Origin: Candidatus Multivorans sp.
GTDB taxonomy: Bacteria > Acidobacteriota > Thermoanaerobaculia > Multivoradales > Multivoraceae
DNA length: 64,000 nucleotides
Direction of reading: 5' to 3'
Assembly (NCBI GenBank): GCA_965224025.1
Contig: OZ245033.1
Span: 3,168,001 to 3,232,000, forward strand
The translations under genes were made by a program, and so were the position numbers. Positions 10,023-19,816 of the stretch are shown piece after piece. The stretch's first letter is position 1, and each line of letters starts with the position of its first letter. The notes beneath the pieces are model-generated. The model worked only from the letters and a program-made list of their open reading frames with translations, was not told the origin of the DNA and searched no databases.

Positions 10023-10976
10023 TCAGAGCCGGCCCGAGATGATTCCCTGGTCGGCCAGATCGGCGATCTCCGCGGCGTCGAGTCCGAGTTCTCGCAGCAG
10101 GTCGCCGGTGTGTTCGCCGAGTTCGGGCGCCGGTTGGGGCTTCACCTTGTCCTCGCCCTCGATGAGCACCGGGCTGTCCACCGTGCGCAGACGCCCGTAC
10201 TGCGGGTGGTCCAGGTCGCGGAACATGCCGATGGCCTCCAACTGTTCGTCGGCGACGATGTCGTCCAGGTTCGAGACGAGGCTGTAGGCGATCTCGTAGC
10301 GGGTGAACCGCTCGCTCCACGTGGTGACGTAAGAACCGGTACCGGTCCGTTCCCGCTTCAGCAGACCGGCGAGCACGGCCGAGAACAGAGTGACGCCGGT
10401 GGGGTGGTCGCCCGTGCCGCAGCCGAGCGGTCCCAGATGGCCGTCGACAGGCGTGAACGTCGCGACGAGTCCCGAGCGGGTCCAGTAGCAGACCTGGTCG
10501 TAGCCGGGCTTCTCGGCCTCCGGTCCGGTGTGGCCGTAGCCGGTGCCGTGGGCGAAGATGAGCCGCGGGTTGACCTCGCGCAAGCGGTCCCAGGTCATGC
10601 CCAGATCGTCGAGCACGGAGTTGTGGAAGTTGGTCAGGAACACGTCCGCCGTCCCGATCAGCCGGTGGGCGACCGCCTGGCTGCTCTCCTCCTTGAGGTC
10701 GATGACGACGCTCTTCTTGTTCCGGCCGTCGAGCAGGAAGCAGTACGGAATCTCGGAGTCCGGCATGCCGGGCAGATCCTGGAAGTAGCGGTAGAGGTCG
10801 CCCCTGCCAGGCGCCTCGATCTTGATCACTTCGGCCCCGAAGTCGGAGAGCATGGCGCACGCGGAGGGGGCCATGACGATCGTGGCGAGCTCCACCACGC
10901 GGACGCCTTCGAGCAGGGCCCCTTCGGGACAAGGCTGGCTGGCGCCCGGCTCGCCGACGAGCGGGCTTGAGGTCAC
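10023..10976 (-). pseudogene. CaiB/BaiF CoA-transferase III with in-frame internal deletion
   Basis: LEGVRVVEL, FGAEVIKIE, RNKKSVVIDLK and APELGEHT present; sequence jumps GTGSYVTT|WSERF, omitting the central segment; ~317 aa versus ~400 typical. Confidence 0.7.
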
Positions 10977-11096
10977 GCCGGTTTCCCGCCGTGCGCAGGT
11001 TGACAATATGTGTTCAGAGCGGCGGGATTGTGACATAGGGCCAAGACACCTCGGAGTGCGGGATACGATCCCGCCGATGTTCGGGCGGGAGCCAGC

Positions 11097-11441
11097 ATGA
11101 CCGGAGTCCGGCTCGCCAAGCCCTGGCGCGACCTGGACGATGCCGCGATCGCCGCGCTGCCCGGGCAGTTGGGCGTGTTCGAAATCGGTGACGCGGAGGG
11201 CGCCGTCCTCGAACTGGGGTTCGCGGGTGGGCGCTCCCGCTTCGGTCTGCGCAGCGCGATCGCCGAGACGGCCGCGAAACACGAACGGGCGGCCAGGTTC
11301 CGCTACGAGGTGACGATGCAGTACTGGAGCCGCTTCGAGGAGTTGCTGGCCGTCCACGTCGCCGATCACGGCGACTTGCCGGCCGGGAACGCGGACCGGG
11401 GCGACCGGCGGATCGGCCGAATCGCCGCGCCGGGGAGGTGA
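11097..11441 (+). CDS. Small hypothetical protein, degenerate GIY-YIG-like fold
   Basis: LPGQLGVFEIGDAEGAVLELGFAG resembles the UvrC-type GIY-YIG N-terminus without the tyrosines. Confidence 0.55.
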   Translation: MTGVRLAKPWRDLDDAAIAALPGQLGVFEIGDAEGAVLELGFAGGRSRFGLRSAIAETAAKHERAARFRYEVTMQYWSRFEELLAVHVADHGDLPAGNADRGDRRIGRIAAPGR

Positions 11442-11445
11442 GGCG

Positions 11446-12612
11446 TTGGACTTCGAACTCAGCACCGAACAGAAGCTGATCCTCGAGACGGTGCGGCGCT
11501 TCGTGCACGAGGAAATCGTGCCGCTCGAAGCGGACCTCGACCCGGACGCGAGCGAGCTGCCGCCGCATCACCGCGAGCGGCTGGTGGCGATGACGAAGGA
11601 ACTCGGTTTCTACGGCCTGGACATCCCGGAGGAGTACGGCGGGCCCGGCATCGATCTCACAACCAGGACGTTGATGGCGTTCGAGATGGCGCAGCACCGG
11701 GCCGGCCTTTACGCGCCCTGCTACGGCGTCTTCGGCGGCGCCGGGCTGGCCCAGTTGTACGAGGCGGACGACGACCAGAAGGAGCGCTACCTCTATCCGG
11801 TCCTGCGGGGCGAGAAGCGCGGCTTCTTTGCTCTCACCGAGCCCTCGGGCGGCAGCGATCCGGCCCGCGCGATTCGCACCGCGGCGGTGCGCGACGGCGA
11901 CGACTGGATCATCGACGGCGAGAAGACGTTCATCTCGGGCGCGGACAAGGCGGACTTCGGCATCGTGTTCGCGCGCAGCGATCCAGAACTTGGGCGCAAG
12001 GGAATCACGTGCTTCCTCGTCGACACGGACATGCCGGGTTTCCGGGTTCGGCGCATCGTCCATACGTTGCGCTCGACGCACTACGCGGCGGAACTCGAGT
12101 TCAACCGGGTACGGGTGCCGGGCCGCAACGTGCTGGGCGAGGTGAACCAGGGCTTCGCGATCGCCAACGACCGGCTGAGCCGCAACCGGATCCCGTATGC
12201 GGCAGGCTGCGTGGGCGTCGCGCTCAAGGCCCAGGAAATGGCGATCGCCTACGCCAAGACGCGCAAGACCTTCGGCGACTACCTGTCGACCCGGCAGGCG
12301 GTGCAGTGGATGATCGTGGACAACGAGATCGATCTGCGCACCGCCAGGGCGCTGACCCTGGAGGCCGCGGCCCGCGCCGACGCCGGCAAACCGTTCCGGA
12401 CCGAGGCGGCGATCTGCAAGCTGGTGGCGAGCGAGGGTGCGAGCCGGGTCGTCGACCGGGCGATGCAGATCCACGGCGGCTACGGCATGACGAAGGACCT
12501 GCCGCTCGAGCGCTGGTACCGGGAACTCCGGATCCGCCGCGTGGGTGAAGGCCCGAACGAGATCCAGCGCCTGATCGTCGCCCGCGACATCATCGGCGGT
12601 TCTTTCCACTGA
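11446..12612 (+). CDS. Acyl-CoA dehydrogenase
   Basis: FALTEPSGGSD, GEKTFIS, QIHGGYG and GEGPNEIQR. Confidence 0.93.
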   Translation: MDFELSTEQKLILETVRRFVHEEIVPLEADLDPDASELPPHHRERLVAMTKELGFYGLDIPEEYGGPGIDLTTRTLMAFEMAQHRAGLYAPCYGVFGGAGLAQLYEADDDQKERYLYPVLRGEKRGFFALTEPSGGSDPARAIRTAAVRDGDDWIIDGEKTFISGADKADFGIVFARSDPELGRKGITCFLVDTDMPGFRVRRIVHTLRSTHYAAELEFNRVRVPGRNVLGEVNQGFAIANDRLSRNRIPYAAGCVGVALKAQEMAIAYAKTRKTFGDYLSTRQAVQWMIVDNEIDLRTARALTLEAAARADAGKPFRTEAAICKLVASEGASRVVDRAMQIHGGYGMTKDLPLERWYRELRIRRVGEGPNEIQRLIVARDIIGGSFH

Positions 12613-12648
12613 GGACCAGAGCGGCGCCGTGACCGCCAAGAGGCAGGG

Positions 12649-12882
12649 ATGAGCGACCACCACACTGGGAACGCGGGCGTCTCGCCCGCATCGGCCGCAG
12701 CGCGGCCGCCAAGGCCGCTGGCGGGAGTCCATGTCCTCGACCTGGGCCAGTTCTACCAGGGGCCCTACGCCGGCTTGCCGTCCGGACCGCTCGATCCGAG
12801 CCCCGAACTCGGCCGCCACGGAGAGGAAGTCGTCACCGTATGGCTCGGTGAGACGTCATCGCAAGAGAGGAGTTCCCCATGA
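12649..12882 (+). pseudogene. Collapsed CoA-transferase III remnant (N- and C-termini only)
   Basis: PLAGVHVLDLGQFYQGPYAG joined almost directly to SPELGRHGEEVV..WLG; 77 aa; ATGA overlap with the next gene. Confidence 0.8.
12665..12690 (+). repeat. REP-like palindrome, copy 1
   Basis: CTGGGAACGCGGGCG-TCT-CGCCCGC; same sequence at 22754 and inverted at 26348. Confidence 0.75.
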
Positions 12883-14048
12883 ACGTTGCCCGCATCGAGA
12901 CCCGCCACTGCGACGCCGGTTGGCGGAACTACCACTTCGTGAAGCTCACCACCGACGATGGAATCGTCGGCTGGAGCGAGTACGACCAGCACCAGGGCGC
13001 GCTCGGCGTCACGACGGTGATCGAGCAGTTGGGTGAGGTGGTCGTCGGCATGCGGGTCGCGGACCTGGAACGGATCTACCAGCGCCTGCTGACGAGGGCC
13101 CGGCAGTCGATGTCCGGCGTCATGGCGATGGCGATCGGCGCGATCGAGAACGCGCTGCTGGATGCCCGGGCCAAGGAGCTTGGCGTCCCCTGCTGCGACC
13201 TCCTGGGTGGCCGGGTGCGCGACCGGGTGCGGGTCTACTGGTCGCACTGCGGGACCTGGCGGATCGGGCTGCCGCAGTACTACGGGAACGCGATCACGGA
13301 CATCGACGGCGTCACAGCACTCGGTGCCGAAGTGCGGGAGCGGGGATTCACGGCGCTCAAGACGAACATCTTCGACTACTCGAGCGGCTCGCCCCGCGGC
13401 TGGGCGCCGGGCTTCGGCCGTCCCTTCGAGCCCGGCCAGAACGTTGACCGCAAGGTGATCTCGAACCTGCGGCGACACCTCGGGGCGCTGCGCGATGGCG
13501 CGGGGCCGGACGTCGACATCCTGCTCGACCTGAACTTCAACGCGAAGATCTCCGGCTACCGCCAGATCGTGCGGGCGCTCGCCGACCTCGACCTGTTCTG
13601 GATCGAGATCGACACGCCGTCGGCCGAGGGCCTGGCGACGGTGCGCCAGGAAAGCCGGCACCCGATCAGCTCCTGCGAGACGCTGATCACGCCGGCCGCC
13701 TTTCTGCCGTTTCTGCGGGCCGAGGCGGTCGACGTGGCGATCATCGACGCGGTCTGGAACGGCGTCTGGCAGTCCCTGAAGATCGCGGCTCTGGCCGGTG
13801 CCTACGAGGTCAACGTGGCGCCGCACAACTACTACGGCCACCTGGCGACGATGATGAACGCCCACATGAGCGCCGCGGTACCGAACCTGCGGATCATGGA
13901 GACGGACATCGACCGGCTCCCGTGGGACGGCGAGGTCTTCACGCACGAGCCCGAGTTCGAGGACGGCGGCTTCCTGGTCGTGCCGGAGCGGGCCGGCTGG
14001 GGCACGGCGCCGGACGAGGCGGGGCTGGCCCGGCATCCGCCGACGTAG
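12879..14048 (+). CDS. Mandelate racemase/muconate lactonizing enzyme family (acid-sugar dehydratase-like)
   Basis: AIENALLD, GFTALK, DLN, WIE and VAPHN enolase-superfamily motifs. Confidence 0.88.
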   Translation: MNVARIETRHCDAGWRNYHFVKLTTDDGIVGWSEYDQHQGALGVTTVIEQLGEVVVGMRVADLERIYQRLLTRARQSMSGVMAMAIGAIENALLDARAKELGVPCCDLLGGRVRDRVRVYWSHCGTWRIGLPQYYGNAITDIDGVTALGAEVRERGFTALKTNIFDYSSGSPRGWAPGFGRPFEPGQNVDRKVISNLRRHLGALRDGAGPDVDILLDLNFNAKISGYRQIVRALADLDLFWIEIDTPSAEGLATVRQESRHPISSCETLITPAAFLPFLRAEAVDVAIIDAVWNGVWQSLKIAALAGAYEVNVAPHNYYGHLATMMNAHMSAAVPNLRIMETDIDRLPWDGEVFTHEPEFEDGGFLVVPERAGWGTAPDEAGLARHPPT

Positions 14049-14109
14049 GAGCAGCCGCAGCGGAGTTGCAGCGTTGCGGTGCAGGGAACCGGGCGCGCCT
14101 ACCGACCTG

Positions 14110-15147
14110 TCAATCGCTCAGTCGCTGCAGAAGGTCCTCCGCGCTCCCGCACTCCTGCGCCGCCCGCATCAGTTCCACTGGCGACTTGTCGCCGAAGACG
14201 GCGAGACGCGCCGCGAGGTCGGCGTCGACGGCTACGCCGCGGCTCTCGAGCAGAGCTGCCACCGCGGCGACCATGCCTTCCGCTCGACCTTCCGCCCGGC
14301 CTTCCGCCCGGCCTTCCGCCCGGCTCTCGTCTCGCTCGTACCGCAGCCACCGATCCTGGTCGGGGCCCGTCCCTTCGCGTGCGCCCAGGGCGCGGCCCAC
14401 CCGGCGCAGCACGGTCATCGTCTGGTCGCTGGGCAGGTGCTCGTTGAGAGCGCGGTGGATCTCCTCCGCCGTCCAGCCGGGGAAGGCGCGGCTGGACGGT
14501 GTGCTCTCGAACCGGCCGTTCTCGAGAACGTGGATCGTGAGCCCCGATCTGCGCGACCTGGGTTGGCTTGCCGCGCGCTCGTCGGGCACGTCGACCCAGA
14601 CCTCCGGGAAGCCCCATGCCTCGTAGCGCGGCAACTTGCCGCGCCGGACATCGGTGGAGTGGTCGACTTCCAGGACGACATCCGGCAGGTCGCCTCCGTC
14701 TACGTCGACTCTCGGGCTCAGTCCGACCGCCGCCGGCGGGTTGACGTACACGATCTGGTCCGCCTGCATGAGAACCCTCATCTTGCCGCTGGCGAAGAGC
14801 CGCACCAGGTCCGTCGTCCCGAACGTCTCGATGAGGGACCCGCTCGAAGCGGCGACCCGTTCGGCCAGCCTCGCCAGGCGTTGGGAGGGCCGTTCGTGAA
14901 ACAGCGTGGTCGGTTCGCAGACCACCATCGCCGTCTCGGTCCGGCTGTCCCAGTACTCGACCCGGCCTTCGTGGTCTTCGATCTTCTCCCGCGGGATCGG
15001 GACCGCCTCGCAGCCGGGGAAGTCGGCGGGGTCGAGCGGCCAGCCGTCGGCGTCGAGCTGGGCGCCCACCGGCCCGGCGGCAGCTTCTCGAGGGTCAGTC
15101 CCCTCGCCCTCCAGGTTGGGAAGAACTGCAGCGGCACCATCAGCCAT
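14110..15147 (-). CDS. Uma2-family PD-(D/E)XK endonuclease-like protein with C-terminal EGRA repeats
   Basis: MQADQIVY...LPDVVLEVD...YEAWGFPEVWV; 12-bp tandem repeats at ~14277-14325 encode (R)AEG. Confidence 0.8.
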   Translation of the reverse strand: MADGAAAVLPNLEGEGTDPREAAAGPVGAQLDADGWPLDPADFPGCEAVPIPREKIEDHEGRVEYWDSRTETAMVVCEPTTLFHERPSQRLARLAERVAASSGSLIETFGTTDLVRLFASGKMRVLMQADQIVYVNPPAAVGLSPRVDVDGGDLPDVVLEVDHSTDVRRGKLPRYEAWGFPEVWVDVPDERAASQPRSRRSGLTIHVLENGRFESTPSSRAFPGWTAEEIHRALNEHLPSDQTMTVLRRVGRALGAREGTGPDQDRWLRYERDESRAEGRAEGRAEGRAEGMVAAVAALLESRGVAVDADLAARLAVFGDKSPVELMRAAQECGSAEDLLQRLSD

Positions 15148-15174
15148 GGCCCTAGACTACAGCCGATAACTCGG

Positions 15175-15327
15175 AACGGAGGGATCGAAACGCAGCTCCG
15201 GGACGCGGCGAACGAGCTGCGGGCGAACTCGCGGTTGGTCCGGTGTGGACTCGTTGCCGACCCTCCCCGGCTGGCGGTTCGAGACCCGGATGATCCACGC
15301 CGGGGCCGCGCCCGAGCCGATCTCCGG
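15175..15327 (+). pseudogene. Mosaic of short copies of the 5' ends of hsdM and metY
   Basis: 15200-15234 is identical to 16357-16391 (35 bp); 15265-15327 matches 21461-21523 at 58/63. Confidence 0.85.
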
Positions 15328-15439
15328 TGTTCCAGCCGGCATCCGGTGCGTCTTGTGCGTCTCAGCTTGGTGCGGGCGAGTAGTATCGCGCTGAGGCCCC
15401 AAGAAAGGGGCCGACTTTGGCGATACGGAGGCACGAGAC

Positions 15440-15934
15440 ATGACATCAGCTTCAAGGGCGTCCTTGCCTGCCTCGTTCGCCCTGCAAGTCGAGGCGCGAC
15501 TGGCCGTGCAGCGCGCCGAGTATGGCGCTCGGATCGAGATGACGGGCCAAGCGGGATCTGTATACGAGGGGGACGATGATGTCTATGCCGTACGCGGCGT
15601 GAAGCCGGGCGGCGTGGTGGGCTTTGGCGCCTCCATCAAGGAGGCATGCCGCGATCACACCCAGAGACTGGGACTCGTACTCGACGATCTGCTTCAGGAA
15701 TCCGCGTCCTATGACGAGTTCGAGCGTCGGGCACAGGCACTCTTCGCCTACGAGAGTCCGTGGTCGCGGCAGCGGTTCGACAGGGCACTGGAGCAGGCGG
15801 TAGCGTCTCTGTTCTCAAGCGACGAGACTTCAGTTGCTGAACCCGACCACTCCATGCCTCCATCGTGGCGCCCGGTCGGTCCTGACCAGCATCTGTCGGC
15901 ACCGGTGACGAGCCTCATTCACCGGAATGCTTGA
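15440..15934 (+). CDS. Hypothetical protein, possibly HicB-like fold
   Basis: RBS GGAGG upstream; VYEGDDDVYAVRGVKPGGVVGFGASIKEA resembles the HicB N-terminus. Confidence 0.5.
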   Translation: MTSASRASLPASFALQVEARLAVQRAEYGARIEMTGQAGSVYEGDDDVYAVRGVKPGGVVGFGASIKEACRDHTQRLGLVLDDLLQESASYDEFERRAQALFAYESPWSRQRFDRALEQAVASLFSSDETSVAEPDHSMPPSWRPVGPDQHLSAPVTSLIHRNA

Positions 15935-16319
15935 TGGGGCAGGCCACGGAGGAGCAAGAGTCGAAGTCGGGAACAAGGAACCGGGCGCACCGAGATCACG
16001 CTGATCTCCAGCAGGTTCGACGCCGAGAGCGAGGAACAGCATCGTGCTCTCATCGACGTCTTCAACCGAGAAGGAACCCTGAAACTCAAGCTCAGCGGCA
16101 GGGAGTTCCATGCCGAGCGGATCACGAAGATCCCGACTGAGGACGATCTGACGATGGTTGTCAAGGGCAGGTGGGTCGATTCGTGATTCTGTGCTCAACG
16201 CCTCGTTGGCCGAACTGGGAGTGCTTGTGGTCGTGGAGAATCGGGCGCACGCGACCAGCAGATTCCTTCGGGCCGTTGCGGCTTGAGGCGTGGGGAGACA
16301 CGGCTGCCCCGGAAAGGCC

Positions 16320-17876
16320 ATGAACGACAGCGGAAACCAGTTGGAGGCGCGGCTTTGGGACGCGGCGAACGAGCTGCGGGCGAACTCGCGGCTCAAGGCG
16401 TCGGAGTACTCGACGCCGGTGCTGGGGCTGGTGTGTCTGCGCTATGCGGACCACAGGTTCCAGGCGGCCAGGGAGGAGATCGAAGGTGCGTCAAGTAGGC
16501 GGCGGCAAGTCGGGCCGGCGGACTACCAGGCGCGGGGCGTGCTTTACGTGCCCCCGGAGGCGAGCTATCGACGCCTGACCCGGCTGCCGGAAGGCGAGAA
16601 CGTCGGCGCAGCCGTCAACGAGGCGATGAGTGCGATCGAGGCCGCCAACCCGGACTTGAAGGATGTTCTTCCGAAGACCTACAACCGCTTCGACAATGCT
16701 CTCCTGAGTGAGTTGCTGAAGACCATGAACTCGGTGCCTATGGACGTCGAAGGCGACGTGTTCGGGAAGATCTACGAGTACTTCCTGGGCAAGTTCGCGA
16801 TGGCCGAAGGGCAGAAGAGAGGAGAGTTCTTTACTCCGACCTCGATCGTGCGCCTGATTGTCGGCATCATCGAGCCCTTCCGGGGCCGCATCTTCGATCC
16901 GGCCTGCGGCACGGGCGGCATGTTCGTCCAGTGCGCCCGCTTCGTTGAAGAGCACCGCCGGGACCCCAACGCGGAGCTCTCGGTCTTCGGTCAGGAGCGG
17001 GTCGCGGACACGGTGCGGCTGGCGAAGATGAATCTCGCCGTCCACGGCCTGGAGGGCGACATCCGGCGGGGCAACGCCTACTACGAGGATCTGCATCGCT
17101 CTCCCGGACGGTTCGACTTCGTGATGGCGAATCCACCCTTCAACGTGAAGAAAGTGGACAAGCCGCGGCTCAAGGACGACAAACGCTTTGGACTCGGCCT
17201 GCCACGCGCCGACAATGCGAACTACCTCTGGATCCAGGTCTTCGCGAGCGCTTTGGCCGAGGGCGGCCGGGCCGGCTTCGTGATGGCGAACTCCGCCGCC
17301 GACGCCGGGCATTCGGAACTTGAGCTTCGGAGGAAGCTGATCCAGAGCGGCATCGTGGACGCGGTCGTTGCCGTGGGACCGAGTTTCTTCTACACCGTGA
17401 CCCTGCCCTGCACGCTGTGGTTCCTGGACAGGGGCAAGCAGGACACGGACCGGGCCGACCGGGTGCTGTTCGTGGACGCGCGAGAGGTCTACCGGCAGGT
17501 CGACCGCGCCCACCGCGACTGGACGGAGGCGCAGATCGAGTTCCTGGCGAACATCGCTCGTCTTTGGCGGGACCGGGCGCCGGAGAACTTGCACGACGGC
17601 GCCGAGATGCTCGCTGAGCACTTCGGGTCGACGCCGGGGTACCGGGATGTGCCCGGCCTTTGCAGGTCGGCGACACTGGCCGAGATCGACGCGCAAGGCT
17701 GGAGTCTGAATCCGGACCGCTACGTAGGCGTGGCCGAGAGGCGAGAGGATGAGTTTGACTTCAAGGTACGGCTCCGCGAGCTGCACGCGGAACTGGAGGG
17801 GTTGAACCAGGAGGGTTGGGAGCTCGAGGAGCGGATTGCGGAGAACGTAGCGTTGTTGCTGGGGACTGAGAAGTGA
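16320..17876 (+). CDS. hsdM: Type I R-M methyltransferase subunit (N6-adenine)
   Basis: [18 protein letters not shown], motif I DPACGTGG and motif IV NPPF. Confidence 0.95.
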   Translation: MNDSGNQLEARLWDAANELRANSRLKASEYSTPVLGLVCLRYADHRFQAAREEIEGASSRRRQVGPADYQARGVLYVPPEASYRRLTRLPEGENVGAAVNEAMSAIEAANPDLKDVLPKTYNRFDNALLSELLKTMNSVPMDVEGDVFGKIYEYFLGKFAMAEGQKRGEFFTPTSIVRLIVGIIEPFRGRIFDPACGTGGMFVQCARFVEEHRRDPNAELSVFGQERVADTVRLAKMNLAVHGLEGDIRRGNAYYEDLHRSPGRFDFVMANPPFNVKKVDKPRLKDDKRFGLGLPRADNANYLWIQVFASALAEGGRAGFVMANSAADAGHSELELRRKLIQSGIVDAVVAVGPSFFYTVTLPCTLWFLDRGKQDTDRADRVLFVDAREVYRQVDRAHRDWTEAQIEFLANIARLWRDRAPENLHDGAEMLAEHFGSTPGYRDVPGLCRSATLAEIDAQGWSLNPDRYVGVAERREDEFDFKVRLRELHAELEGLNQEGWELEERIAENVALLLGTEK

Positions 17877-19351
17877 GGCTGGGTAGCGTCATCGCCGTCA
17901 ATCCCGAGTCCGTTGCCAAGGGCTATCCCCATGAAGAGATCGAGTATGTCGATATCTCGTCAGTTGGCACCGGCACGCTGAAGGGCACCCGACGCCTAGC
18001 TCTTGCCGGCGCGCCGAGCCGAGCGAGAAGAATCGTCAGACAGGGAGACGTGCTGCTCGCGACTGTCCGACCAAACTTGAGAGCCTTCTGGTTTGCTCGG
18101 GAACCGCCTCGCAACACTGTGGCTTCCACGGGTTTCGCCGTGCTGAGGGCAACATGCGGGATTGATGAACGGTACCTCTACTACTTGATCTCGGACCAGG
18201 GCTTCACCGACTACTTGGCGGCCAACGTCAAGGGGGCTGCTTATCCTGCCGTCGACGTTGAGACGATCAGGCGCGCCGAGGTGTCGATCGCTCCGATGGA
18301 AACCCAGCGCAAAGTCGCCGCCGTCCTCTCGGCATACGACGACTTGATCGAGAACAACCTACGCCGGATCGAGGTCCTGGAGGAGATGGCGCGGAACTTC
18401 TACCGCGAGTGGTTCGTTGAATTCCGGTTTCCGGGTCACGAGGGTGCTCGCTTCGTGAAGTCGCCGCTGGGACGGCTGCCGGGCGAATGGACTCCGAGGA
18501 CGCTCGGCGAGGTCGCGACGATACAGACTGGTCGCTCGAATCGGCAGGACGCGGTTGCGGGCGGTGCCTTCGCTTTCTTTGACCCTTCGAGTGAGATCAA
18601 GAGGAGCCAGCGTTTCCTATTGGATTGCGAGGCGGTCATTGTCCCGGGAGAGGGCAAGGAGTTCCTTCCCCGGTACTGGAGCGGTCCGTTCGATCTACAC
18701 CAGCGTGTTTATGCCTTGACGGACTTCAGAGGAATCAGCGGTCTGTTCCTGTACTTTACTCTGCTGCACCGGCGCGAGTACTTTTTCCGGGCTGCCACCG
18801 GAGCCACGGTCAAGTCCCTTCGGAAAGGCATGTTCGAACGTTTTGAGTTCGCGCTTCCCACACAGGAACTAATGAGCCGGTTCGACGCTCATGTTCGGGA
18901 CATTCTGGCGTTGGCGAAGGCGCTTGACGACCGCAACAGCGCCCTTCGTGAGGCCCGCGATCTTCTCTTGCCCAAGCTCGTCTCCGGCGAGATTGACGTT
19001 TCCGACCTGCCCGTCCGCATGCCGCCCCTCTACACGGGCGATCCCCACCGCATCACCGGGTACCGGTTCTTCCGGGAGATCACGGCTCTGCCGTTCGTCA
19101 CCAAGGTCGTGCTCTTCGGGTCGCGCGCGCGCGGCGACCACGAGGAACGCTCGGACATTGACCTCTGCGTCTTCTGCCGGGAGGGCACGACGGAGGAGGA
19201 ATGGATGCAGGTGCTGGCCTGTCTGGAGCGAGACCGCGTCGATACCCTGCTTAAGGTGGATTGCGTGCGCTTCGAGACAGGCAACGCCGCGTTGCAGGAG
19301 AACGTGCTGACGGAGGGCATCGTGCTCTACGAGCGGAGGGAGGGTCCGTGA
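17873..19351 (+). CDS. hsdS: Type I R-M specificity subunit fused to a C-terminal MNT nucleotidyltransferase
   Basis: Two TRDs with conserved helices ([18 protein letters not shown]..., [18 protein letters not shown]), then [20 protein letters not shown] (GSx10DxD); GTGA overlap with hsdM. Confidence 0.9.
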   Translation: MRLGSVIAVNPESVAKGYPHEEIEYVDISSVGTGTLKGTRRLALAGAPSRARRIVRQGDVLLATVRPNLRAFWFAREPPRNTVASTGFAVLRATCGIDERYLYYLISDQGFTDYLAANVKGAAYPAVDVETIRRAEVSIAPMETQRKVAAVLSAYDDLIENNLRRIEVLEEMARNFYREWFVEFRFPGHEGARFVKSPLGRLPGEWTPRTLGEVATIQTGRSNRQDAVAGGAFAFFDPSSEIKRSQRFLLDCEAVIVPGEGKEFLPRYWSGPFDLHQRVYALTDFRGISGLFLYFTLLHRREYFFRAATGATVKSLRKGMFERFEFALPTQELMSRFDAHVRDILALAKALDDRNSALREARDLLLPKLVSGEIDVSDLPVRMPPLYTGDPHRITGYRFFREITALPFVTKVVLFGSRARGDHEERSDIDLCVFCREGTTEEEWMQVLACLERDRVDTLLKVDCVRFETGNAALQENVLTEGIVLYERREGP

Positions 19352-19761
19352 GCGAGACGAAGCTGGCGGTCCGGTTGAGCAATGTCGAGAGGAGCCTTGC
19401 GCGACTGGAAGCAGTGGCGCGTAAGGAGATGGACGAGGAGTACGTGAATCTCGACGCTACGGTTCATCGCTTCAACACGGTCTACGAGACCCTGCTCAAG
19501 GCGCTGGACGCCCATCTGGCGTGCGTATACCGGATGTCTCCGAGCGAGCGAGGGCGCTCGAACTTCGAACGGCTGCAAGTCGCCTGGCGTGTGGGTCTGA
19601 TCGACGACGATCAGGTCTGGACCCGCATCCGCAAGGCGCGCAACGCGACGGTTCACGAGTACGACCTGGAGCAGGCGCTGGCGTTGTACCGGGCGGTGAA
19701 GACCTACGTACCGCAGCTTCGCTCGCTGCTGCGGCGGATGCGCGTCGGTCCGGTTGAGTGA
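19348..19761 (+). CDS. HEPN-domain RNase toxin (HI0074/HepT-like)
   Basis: DATVHRFNTVYE..., GLIDD..W and RNATVHEY (Rx4HxY); GTGA overlap with the hsdS-MNT stop. Confidence 0.85.
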   Translation: MSETKLAVRLSNVERSLARLEAVARKEMDEEYVNLDATVHRFNTVYETLLKALDAHLACVYRMSPSERGRSNFERLQVAWRVGLIDDDQVWTRIRKARNATVHEYDLEQALALYRAVKTYVPQLRSLLRRMRVGPVE

Positions 19762-19816
19762 TGGCGGCCCGCAGTGCCAGGCAGGCGCCGAGCAACGTCT
19801 CCGCTTCGCTTCTCGC

